Virus record (IMG/VR): IMGVR_UViG_3300042485_000220
Strand: one strand, 5' to 3'
DNA length: 64,000 nt
DNA from: an uncultured virus (IMG/VR IMGVR_UViG_3300042485_000220)
Taxonomy: Duplodnaviria; Heunggongvirae; Uroviricota; Caudoviricetes; Crassvirales
The position numbers and the translations under genes are program-made. The notes under the pieces are model-generated. The model did no database searches, was not told the DNA's origin, and worked only from the letters and a program-made list of their open reading frames with translations. This document shows positions 20,997 through 28,550 of this stretch, in pieces. Numbering within the stretch: position 1 is the stretch's first letter; each line of letters opens with the position of its first letter.

Positions 20997-21845
20997 TTAG
21001 TAAACTTTATTTAATGTAAAGTATTCAGAATAAATTGAATTTAGAGCATCTGCTGCTCCCCATTCAACTGTAACATCTAATATATTACTAGAAGTGGTAT
21101 CAAACGTTGTATTATTTATTATAGAAGAATCATCTCCTTCAAATGCATTAGATGCATCTTTTGAATAAGTAAATACTATTCCTGTTATAATAGATGCCAC
21201 TCCTGCAGCTCCAAGTGTTCTAACTGTAAAGTTCAAATCAATAGTAAAATGCTTAGAGGTAGTTTGAGGCATAGTAATTAAACCAGTATCTCCTAAAATA
21301 GCAGTTCCTGATTTAACCTTTATTCTGATTGTATCATTGTTTCTAGAAGAAATATGTCCAATTATTCTACCCAAAAAAGAATCTCCAATACTAAATCCAT
21401 TTGATGGAACAGATAAAGTACCTACTCCAGTTCCTACAATACTAGTTTCTGTAGTAGTATTTGTAACTGTTGAGCCATTACTTGTTTGTGAAAATAATCC
21501 ATACACTAAAGGATATGGAAAAGATGGAGAAGTTCCACTAGTTCCAGCAGTTCCTGCAGCACCAGCTGTACCACTAGATGCAGACGTTCCTGCTGTTCCA
21601 GCTATACCACTTGTACCATTTACTCCTGATGTACCATTTGCTCCAGAAGTACCAGATGTACCTACAACACCACTAGTTCCTGATGTTCCTGATAAACCAG
21701 CAGCACCACTTGTACCAGAGGTACCAGTACCACCACCACCACCTGCGTTATATGCAACACCATTTATAGCTTCTAATTGCTTAGAAATTTGCCATAAAAG
21801 GTTTTCTTCTGTTCCCCATCCTATCTGTCTGCTTGGTATAGCCAT
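20997..21845 (-). CDS. Putative virion fibre/decoration protein with G-T-S repeats
   Basis: [10 protein letters not shown] head, a (GTS/GTA)n stretch and a beta-rich C-terminal domain. Confidence 0.7.
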   Translation of the reverse strand: MAIPSRQIGWGTEENLLWQISKQLEAINGVAYNAGGGGGTGTSGTSGAAGLSGTSGTSGVVGTSGTSGANGTSGVNGTSGIAGTAGTSASSGTAGAAGTAGTSGTSPSFPYPLVYGLFSQTSNGSTVTNTTTETSIVGTGVGTLSVPSNGFSIGDSFLGRIIGHISSRNNDTIRIKVKSGTAILGDTGLITMPQTTSKHFTIDLNFTVRTLGAAGVASIITGIVFTYSKDASNAFEGDDSSIINNTTFDTTSSNILDVTVEWGAADALNSIYSEYFTLNKVY

Positions 21846-21864
21846 GATTGAAAAAATTAATGCC

Positions 21865-21895
21865 CAAAGGTATGTTACTTTTTACTATTAACAAT
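21865..21895 (-). promoter_or_regulatory. Bacteroidota sigma-A promoter
   Basis: TTG at about 21894, 19-nt spacer, TACCTTTG (21872-21865). Confidence 0.6.
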
Positions 21896-21953
21896 GACTG
21901 TCAATAATTTACAATAACAATTTTAGTTATAAGTGTTTTAACTTTTTTAGTTA

Positions 21954-22082
21954 TTATCTGCCCTGTCTGTTGTAAGGCTTAGTTGCTTTGTCCTTAGGAC
22001 CTTTGAACTTTTGTGCCTTACCACCTTTGCGTTTTCCAAAGGTAATTTTCTTAGCATTTGATGCTCCTTTTGCTTTTGCCAT
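21954..22082 (-). CDS. 42-aa basic peptide not in the ORF track
   Basis: MAKAKGASNAKKITFGKRKGGKAQKFKGPKDKATKPYNRQGR; fills the intergenic gap. Confidence 0.6.
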   Translation of the reverse strand: MAKAKGASNAKKITFGKRKGGKAQKFKGPKDKATKPYNRQGR

Positions 22083-22087
22083 GTTGG

Positions 22088-22504
22088 TTATTTATGTAAT
22101 GATGAAATTGTACCAAATTGTATAAGAACAATTAATATTAATAGCCCTTTAGATATTTCATGTAACCTATCTCTACCACGTTGATCTTTCTCTTGACTCA
22201 AGAATATCTCCTTATTTGCTTCATACTTCCATTTGTATTGCATAGCTTCATACATTAGTCTTCCAAGACTATCATATTTTCTTTGCAAGGAGTCAATCTT
22301 TACTCTATTCAATTGAGTATCAACCTTTAAGAGATCTATCTGATCTCTATAACTTTTATACAAAGTGTTGATTTGATTTCCCTGTTCTACAGTCATAATG
22401 ACTACAGAATCTTTACCTATCTTTCTTGTCTTTGGGTATTGGCAGTAAGATGAAACTGACACCAGTGTCAGAACTAACACTATCAAGAGCTGCTTTAGCT
22501 TCAT
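22088..22504 (-). CDS. Signal-peptide coiled-coil protein, spanin-like
   Basis: N-terminal signal peptide, coiled coil and C-terminal TM segment; lies in the lysis cassette. Confidence 0.5.
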   Translation of the reverse strand: MKLKQLLIVLVLTLVSVSSYCQYPKTRKIGKDSVVIMTVEQGNQINTLYKSYRDQIDLLKVDTQLNRVKIDSLQRKYDSLGRLMYEAMQYKWKYEANKEIFLSQEKDQRGRDRLHEISKGLLILIVLIQFGTISSLHK

Positions 22505-22754
22505 TTAATTCTATTTTAAGAGTGGTAACCTCTTCTTTAAGGTTGGTTATGTTTTGAACTGTTTCTTTTACAATCTTCTTTTGTGTCTCAGTAGCCTTGG
22601 CTTGAACCTGTAAGCTTATTTTAGTATTTGTTTCAACTTCGTTAAGAAGTTGTTCAAACTTCCTGTCTTCTTCAACAGAGCTATCAATTTTTTGAGCAGT
22701 TGTATTTTGGCACCCATAGATGAATGGTATTAATATGATTAATAAGTATTTCAT
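22413..22754 (-). CDS. Lipoprotein, o-spanin-like
   Basis: MKYLLIILIPFIYGC lipobox followed by a coiled coil; overlaps its neighbour. Confidence 0.55.
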   Translation of the reverse strand: MKYLLIILIPFIYGCQNTTAQKIDSSVEEDRKFEQLLNEVETNTKISLQVQAKATETQKKIVKETVQNITNLKEEVTTLKIELNEAKAALDSVSSDTGVSFILLPIPKDKKDR

Positions 22755-23056
22755 TAGTTAAGCTTTTTAATTGCTCCAAGCTGTTGCAAGGTTTGCAACT
22801 GAGTGCTAGTTACAGCTTTAGCTGAATCACTCACTCTAAGTGCTTCCTGCACTCTATCCAATCTAGTTTCCACCTTATCAATACGTACGTTCTGAGAAGT
22901 TGCCTGCTCTTTGAATGTTGTACGAACATCTATGTACAGGTATGAAATAGCAATGAGCACCAAGAAAAGGGTGCCCACTATTGGGTTTTTAGCAAACTCT
23001 TTAAACGATATAGGTAAAGGGTTTGCTGATATGTTTGTTTCTTTTTTCGCTGCCAT
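22754..23056 (-). CDS. Single-TM coiled-coil lysis protein (holin or i-spanin-like)
   Basis: TM segment IVGTLFLVLIAISYLYI; directly downstream of the endolysin. Confidence 0.5.
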   Translation of the reverse strand: MAAKKETNISANPLPISFKEFAKNPIVGTLFLVLIAISYLYIDVRTTFKEQATSQNVRIDKVETRLDRVQEALRVSDSAKAVTSTQLQTLQQLGAIKKLN

Positions 23057-23661
23057 TATATACTGCCTTTTAATAAGTTATTATATTCATTGAAGTGTTT
23101 GATACGATCAGCAAGACCAATTGTACCACCATTTACACGCTTAGTCACCTTGGTTACCACAGCATCTGTAGCTCCCTCATCAGCAATCTTGTGCAATCCA
23201 TTCTTATGGAAGAACCAAGCAGCAGATAAAAGTGGGTACTTTGTAGCTACAAGGTCTGGGCTAGCTAGGATGTCATCCTCTACCACCTTGTCAAAAGCAG
23301 TGTAGTTATCCTTGCCTGTTAACTGAATGTAACCACGACCTCTAAACTTAAATCCTTCTCCACTTGCTTGAGGACCATTACCCATGCGATTAGCATAAAC
23401 AATGTTAGCAATCTTTTCAGGCTTACGTTCAAACTCCTTAGCACTCTCAGGTGTAAAGTATTTTTTAAAGATGCTCTGTAAACCAGCAGCACCATAGTTT
23501 AAGTTTTCTGTAACAGCTTTGAATCCACCTGACTCATGTCCTGTTTGTGCTAGGAAATGAGCTAAACGTAAAGGTGTATTAAGTTCAAACTTCTCCTGCA
23601 CAGCAGGGATCTGAGCAATCACTCCATCAGGAATGTGTCCTTTTAATTTTTCTAAGTTCAT
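23056..23661 (-). CDS. Glycoside hydrolase family 19 endolysin
   Basis: HFLAQTGHESGGF, ENLNY, YANRMGNG, FRGRGYIQLTGKDNY and VNGG..GLADR motifs. Confidence 0.92.
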   Translation of the reverse strand: MNLEKLKGHIPDGVIAQIPAVQEKFELNTPLRLAHFLAQTGHESGGFKAVTENLNYGAAGLQSIFKKYFTPESAKEFERKPEKIANIVYANRMGNGPQASGEGFKFRGRGYIQLTGKDNYTAFDKVVEDDILASPDLVATKYPLLSAAWFFHKNGLHKIADEGATDAVVTKVTKRVNGGTIGLADRIKHFNEYNNLLKGSI

Positions 23662-23663
23662 AA

Positions 23664-24257
23664 TTATTTAATTTTCCAATAAGATTGAAGGCCATATACA
23701 ATCTGACTATTGCCATTTATACCAAGGTTTAATCCAAAAACTTTATCTTTTTTAGATTTGTATAAGAACCCTCCTTGTAACAATTCTACACCATTTTTGT
23801 TACCTGCAATCCCCCCACCCATAAATAAAGCCCCCTTAGCAGGAGCATACTTAGTAATGGTGTTTGTCACAGTAACTGTAGGAATCTTGTAGTTGTATTT
23901 GTAAGATCTACTATGTATCTCATTCTTATAAACTGTATCAGCTACAGCTACATAACCTAAGGTGTCTAGCTTCACTGTATCAGCATAGATGTTCTTTGCC
24001 AAGTAGGCAACAACTAATGCATCATATTGTGCTTTAAGAGTTGGGTAGTTTGTATCTGCTATATATTCAGGAGGAAGGGTGTCATGAATCACCTCTTTGA
24101 TCTTTAACTTCTTGATAATCAATGAGTCATGTACTTGCCAAGTTGTATCATGTAATGTTACAGTGTCAGCTTTTATTTCAGGAGAGTTACATCCACTCTT
24201 TTCAAAAGACAAAACCATCAATAGTATAACTATGATGGCAGCTAGTATTTTATTCAT
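23664..24257 (-). CDS. Membrane-anchored protein of the lysis region
   Basis: N-terminal TM segment, DT-rich region and beta-rich C-terminus. Confidence 0.6.
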   Translation of the reverse strand: MNKILAAIIVILLMVLSFEKSGCNSPEIKADTVTLHDTTWQVHDSLIIKKLKIKEVIHDTLPPEYIADTNYPTLKAQYDALVVAYLAKNIYADTVKLDTLGYVAVADTVYKNEIHSRSYKYNYKIPTVTVTNTITKYAPAKGALFMGGGIAGNKNGVELLQGGFLYKSKKDKVFGLNLGINGNSQIVYGLQSYWKIK

Positions 24258-24504
24258 TATCTTCAGGTGTTTGGTTTCTCTTATTGATAAACTTATCTAC
24301 AGAGGCTATGCCAAAGCAAGCGATGGTTAGTATTTTGAATGAGTCAAATATAAACTCATTAACTAACAATGGTTGGTTCATAGCTCCTGTAACAATGTCT
24401 GCTATAGCAAAAATGATCATCATAACAAAAGCTGCAAATCCAATTACAGCCTTTTCATTGATTGAATTATTGTCATCAAATAGATCAGAGAAAAACTTTT
24501 TCAT
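24250..24504 (-). CDS. Putative holin (2 TM)
   Basis: 84 aa with two hydrophobic helices, upstream of the endolysin. Confidence 0.55.
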   Translation of the reverse strand: MKKFFSDLFDDNNSINEKAVIGFAAFVMMIIFAIADIVTGAMNQPLLVNEFIFDSFKILTIACFGIASVDKFINKRNQTPEDNE

Positions 24505-24787
24505 GTTTCTGTTTTTTTAATAGGTCTTTATTAGGCAATATTGCATAATGTGAGGTGAATAGAGACTCCTTAACTGGAAGATCAGAATAAGGAAAACTAG
24601 TTGTAGTTTTATATAGCTGTCTTTCTAGGTTGTCAATACGTGTCTTGTCTACATTAGATTGAGCCATTAGGGCTTTGACATCAGACTTGATTTCGTTTAC
24701 ATCATTCCAAATTAGCAGGGCCATTGCTGACGCTAGACTTGGAAATATCCATACTTTGAATGCATTAATTGCAGGGGTTTCTCTCAT
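24485..24787 (-). CDS. Single-TM coiled-coil protein
   Basis: ATG at 24787 (MRETP), then a TM segment and a coiled coil. Confidence 0.6.
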   Translation of the reverse strand: MRETPAINAFKVWIFPSLASAMALLIWNDVNEIKSDVKALMAQSNVDKTRIDNLERQLYKTTTSFPYSDLPVKESLFTSHYAILPNKDLLKKQKHEKVFL

Positions 24788-24796
24788 GACTATAAA

Positions 24797-24820
24797 TAAA
24801 AATGCACCCAAGTTGGGTGT
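24797..24820 (-). terminator. Probable intrinsic terminator
   Basis: On the minus strand, ACACCCA-ACT-TGGGTGC followed by ATTTTT. Confidence 0.5.
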
Positions 24821-24844
24821 AGTGTTTAAAATATTTAGATTTAA

Positions 24845-25051
24845 TTACTTTTTTAGACCATACTTGATCCACTTGTACCAGGTACGTTCATGAATGAAGT
24901 ATAAAAAAGGTTTGAATATGAGCTCACCAGCTCCAAAAGCAGCTCCCATAGAAAGGGAACCTGTCACCCACCACATTAGGAGAAAGCCAATTAGAGTACT
25001 TATTATCCTATAACTTATAGTTTTGGCAATATGTCTCTTTACCAGTGGCAT
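24845..25051 (-). CDS. DUF2061-like small membrane protein
   Basis: RHIAKTISYRIIST...K..LYFIHER.W motif. Confidence 0.75.
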   Translation of the reverse strand: MPLVKRHIAKTISYRIISTLIGFLLMWWVTGSLSMGAAFGAGELIFKPFLYFIHERTWYKWIKYGLKK

Positions 25052-25059
25052 TTCTGGGG

Positions 25060-25091
25060 CAAAACTAAGTAAAAAAGTTGAAACTACCAAA
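25060..25091 (-). promoter_or_regulatory. Bacteroidota sigma-A promoter, near-leaderless transcript
   Basis: TTTG (25091-25088), 20-nt spacer, TAGTTTTG (25067-25060); ATG at 25051. Confidence 0.7.
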
Positions 25092-25098
25092 TATTTTT

Positions 25099-25467
25099 TT
25101 AGTAGGGCTGGTAGGATTTCTCCTCTACAAAGTCAGAGCCATACTTAATATTAATTTCTTTTTTAATATGTGCTCGCTTGTCATTGATTTTGTAAACACT
25201 TCTGGCTAAGTCAACAAACTCTTCTCCAAAACTATTGGCTCTTTCAAAGTCTCTTAGAAGATCTTCTACCTTCCAAAGAGATTGATTCACTGCAAGTAAT
25301 GTATCTGTCAAAGGGTCATGTAAGATTTCAGGATCTATGACACCATTTAGATAATTTCTTTCTTTAAAAACATTAACTAGTTTGTCTTTGTCTGTAATGT
25401 TTAGAGCTTTGATAGAAAGTATAGTCCACTTGTCTACAACTTCTCCAATAGAAACTTCAATTTTCAT
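25099..25467 (-). CDS. DUF6165-like protein
   Basis: IEVSIGEVVDKWTILSIK...LWKVED..R...LARSVY..ND.RA.IK..IN..YGS..VEEKSY. Confidence 0.75.
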   Translation of the reverse strand: MKIEVSIGEVVDKWTILSIKALNITDKDKLVNVFKERNYLNGVIDPEILHDPLTDTLLAVNQSLWKVEDLLRDFERANSFGEEFVDLARSVYKINDKRAHIKKEINIKYGSDFVEEKSYQPY

Positions 25468-25476
25468 AGTAAATTG

Positions 25477-25521
25477 TTTGTTATTTCAAACAAAAGTAGT
25501 ACATTTGTTGCAAATATCCAA
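25477..25521. promoter_or_regulatory. Overlapping divergent sigma-A promoters
   Basis: Plus strand: TTTG 25477-25480, 19-nt spacer, TACATTTG 25500-25507. Minus strand: TACTTTTG 25498-25491. Confidence 0.7.
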
Positions 25522-25524
25522 CAC

Positions 25525-25962
25525 ATGATCTTAGTTATTTTTGGACAGCCTGGGTCAGGTAAAACCACCCTAGCCAAAAAGTTTTTTGCAGAAGGATTCC
25601 ACCATATAGATGGGGACACATTAAGAGACGTTTTCAAGAACAAAGATTACAGTAGGGAGGGCAGGATTGCAAACTTGAAAACTGCCAGTGACATAGCACA
25701 TTATCTAAACAAAGTTAAGGAGGGTAATGTAGTCTTATCATTAGTCTATCCTTATGAAGAAGCTAGACAGTATCTAAACAAACTAACTAGAGATGTCAAA
25801 TGGATCTATTTAACTTATGACGATGACAGAGAGAAAGATCAATTCAAAGTGGCAGACTTTGAGATCCCACATATGGATGACTTAGATGGAATGATTAATA
25901 CGTCTGTTCTTTCTATCACAAGTAGCATAACCAAAATTAAAAACATATGCAAAATATTTTAG
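25525..25962 (+). CDS. cysC: Adenylyl-sulfate (APS) kinase-like protein
   Basis: GQPGSGKTT, IDGD.LR, DYSREGRIAN, SLVYPY...R and DFEIP motifs. Confidence 0.75.
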   Translation: MILVIFGQPGSGKTTLAKKFFAEGFHHIDGDTLRDVFKNKDYSREGRIANLKTASDIAHYLNKVKEGNVVLSLVYPYEEARQYLNKLTRDVKWIYLTYDDDREKDQFKVADFEIPHMDDLDGMINTSVLSITSSITKIKNICKIF

Positions 25963-26339
25963 TACAAGGCAATAGAAAAACAGATGGTTGGGCTATGTTC
26001 ATAGGAAGATGGCAACCATGGCACACTGGCCATAGATGGTTAATTGATCAACAACTAAACCAAGGTAAGAAGATATTGCTATGTGTAAGAGATGTTAAAG
26101 AGGATGAAAACAATCCTTGGTCTGCTTGGCAAATTATGATGAATTTATCAGAAGAGTTAATGGATCTTATAGAAGATAATAAAGTTAGAGTGATGATGAT
26201 TCCAGACATTGAGTCTGTTAACTTTGGACGTGGTGTAGGATATGATGTAATAGAACATGTACCTCCAGAAGATATAGCTGATATTTCTGCTACTAAGATA
26301 AGAGAACAAATGCGTAAGGATGAAGAAAGTATTTTATAA
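25947..26339 (+). CDS. HIGH-family nucleotidyltransferase (cytidyltransferase-like)
   Basis: FIGRWQPWHTGH, NP and ISATKIRE motifs. Confidence 0.8.
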   Translation: MQNILVQGNRKTDGWAMFIGRWQPWHTGHRWLIDQQLNQGKKILLCVRDVKEDENNPWSAWQIMMNLSEELMDLIEDNKVRVMMIPDIESVNFGRGVGYDVIEHVPPEDIADISATKIREQMRKDEESIL

Positions 26340-27135
26340 TGCATCACTGCCACGATCAGGATCAACGCTATTACAAAATGTACTAGCACAAAATCCAAAT
26401 ATATATGCCACACCTACCAGTGCATTGTATGAACTAATACAAACAAGTAAGGAAGTGTATACAAATAGACCAGAGTTTGCTGCACAAGATCCTGAGATAA
26501 TGGATAGAGCATTTGGTAGATATTGTAAAGGGGCTATAGATGGTTTTTGTAGTGGGCTATCAGAAGATGGATATGTTATAGACAAAAGCTTTAACTGGGC
26601 TAGTCAATTTAAACTGCTAGAAAAGATATATGGAGAGAAGCCAAAGATGATAATCATGGTGAGAGATCTACGTGAGATATTTGCATCAATGGAAGATGGC
26701 TATAGAAATTCTGTATTTAAAAGCAATGCAAATGTTAACTGGGCTACATTACAGAACACTACATTGAAGAAGAGAGCAGAAGACTGGGCAGTTAGCTTTC
26801 CATTAGGGTCTTCATTGGATAGACTTAGAGAGTTAATCAACTGGAAGAATGACAAGGATGTGTTCTTTATGAAGTATGAACACTTCTGTGCATATCCACA
26901 ACCTGTCATGGATGGATTGTATAACTACTTGGGACTAGAAGTATACAAACATGACTTTGATAATGTAGAACAAGTGACAGATCAGAACGATTCCTATTAT
27001 ACATTTAGTCACAAGATAAGAAGAAAAATAGAACCTCTAAAGCCTAAGGCACTCGATGTGTTAGGTGAAGGATTATGTGAGTCTATCTATCAAGAGTACG
27101 AATGGTACTTTAAATATTTTAATTATGCCTTATAG
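26320..27135 (+). CDS. Sulfotransferase
   Basis: PAPS-binding motifs SLPRSGSTLL and MVRDLRE..AS; KYE motif. Confidence 0.85.
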   Translation: MKKVFYNASLPRSGSTLLQNVLAQNPNIYATPTSALYELIQTSKEVYTNRPEFAAQDPEIMDRAFGRYCKGAIDGFCSGLSEDGYVIDKSFNWASQFKLLEKIYGEKPKMIIMVRDLREIFASMEDGYRNSVFKSNANVNWATLQNTTLKKRAEDWAVSFPLGSSLDRLRELINWKNDKDVFFMKYEHFCAYPQPVMDGLYNYLGLEVYKHDFDNVEQVTDQNDSYYTFSHKIRRKIEPLKPKALDVLGEGLCESIYQEYEWYFKYFNYAL

Positions 27136-27622
27136 TTCAGAAGCCTTTAAAGATGAAATAAAACGACACATATTTAGCACTAACAACGTTGGTACTAAGA
27201 TGTTAGATGTAGGAGTTGGTGCAGGTAGATATGGTAGAATGCTAGGTGATTTCTTTCATATTGATGCTGTAGAAATATATGCACCATACATAGAAAGATT
27301 TAATCTACATGAGCTGTACAAAAATGTATACAATGTAAACATCCTAGCATTTGATTTCTCCCCATATGACTATATCATCATGGGAGATATACTAGAGCAC
27401 ATACCTAAGTATGAAGCTATGAATCTTGTGGGTAAGATTAACTCTGCAGGTAAAAAGTTATTAGTAGCTGTACCTTATATGTATGAGCAGGGAGAGTCTG
27501 AAGGTAATGTACATGAGATACATCACCAAGCAGATCTTACACATGAGATATTCCTAGAGAGGTATCCATGTATGAAGTTGTTGTATAAAGATGATGGATA
27601 TGGATACTATATAAACTATTAA
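27125..27622 (+). CDS. SAM-dependent methyltransferase
   Basis: MLDVGVGAGRYG, DAVEI and GDILEH motifs. Confidence 0.85.
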   Translation: MPYSSEAFKDEIKRHIFSTNNVGTKMLDVGVGAGRYGRMLGDFFHIDAVEIYAPYIERFNLHELYKNVYNVNILAFDFSPYDYIIMGDILEHIPKYEAMNLVGKINSAGKKLLVAVPYMYEQGESEGNVHEIHHQADLTHEIFLERYPCMKLLYKDDGYGYYINY

Positions 27623-27623
27623 T

Positions 27624-28550
27624 ATGAAACCAGTTTGCTTAAACTTAGAAGAGTGTAATGGATTGGGTGACCTTATATGTGCCACCCCCACTATCAAGAA
27701 GTTACATGATGCCTATCAAAGAAAGATTACAGTTATTTCTAAGATGCCTGAGTTGTTTAAGAACAATCCACATGTAGAGAAGAGCTATAAAGCTAGCTCT
27801 ATGGACATGATGTACATACAAAGTAATTACATTGTACACAATTCATTCTATCTGGTAGGTAAGAAAGACGAGCGTGGTGTAGAGATGAAACATAACATGA
27901 TGGACATCAGACAGTTCCATGCTATACACCTAGGCTTTATGCTTGGAGAAGGTGAGTTGGAATGTTATTATAGACCAATAGAACCTAAGAAGAATTTTAT
28001 ACATGAGAAGTATGCTGTGATACATCCTGTTAACAGCTGGCCCAACAGAACTTGGTCACAAGATAACTGGTTAAACTTGTGTGAAGAGTTAATCAAATGG
28101 GGCTACACTGTAGTGGCTGTGGGTAAGGATAGCAGTGAGACAGGCTTCTTTAATGTACAGAAACCTGTACATGAGATGGGTAACAACATTATCAACTTAA
28201 TGAATCAAACGTCTATCTCTGAGACCTGGCACTTAATCAACGATGCTGCAGTTGTAATTACAATGGACTCTGGTATCCTGCATTTAGCAGGTACAACTAG
28301 TACAGATATTGTTGAATTAGGATCTCCTATTAATCCAGAGTTTAGAAGACCACGTAGAAAAGAAGGTAAACATATATACGTAAGAGGAGGATGTGGATTA
28401 CATTGTTCATCTAACATGAAGTATGCTCTTGAGTATTGGGACACTATAGACTCTGTACAACCATTGATAGGCTGCCTAGAGAAGAAAGAAACATTTGAAT
28501 GTCATCCATCTGTAGCACAAGTGATTCATGCAATTAACAATAACATATGA
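27624..28550 (+). CDS. Glycosyltransferase family 9 (heptosyltransferase-like)
   Basis: GLGDLICATP, IHP...NRTW and DSGILHLAG motifs; Cys-rich C-terminus. Confidence 0.85.
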   Translation: MKPVCLNLEECNGLGDLICATPTIKKLHDAYQRKITVISKMPELFKNNPHVEKSYKASSMDMMYIQSNYIVHNSFYLVGKKDERGVEMKHNMMDIRQFHAIHLGFMLGEGELECYYRPIEPKKNFIHEKYAVIHPVNSWPNRTWSQDNWLNLCEELIKWGYTVVAVGKDSSETGFFNVQKPVHEMGNNIINLMNQTSISETWHLINDAAVVITMDSGILHLAGTTSTDIVELGSPINPEFRRPRRKEGKHIYVRGGCGLHCSSNMKYALEYWDTIDSVQPLIGCLEKKETFECHPSVAQVIHAINNNI

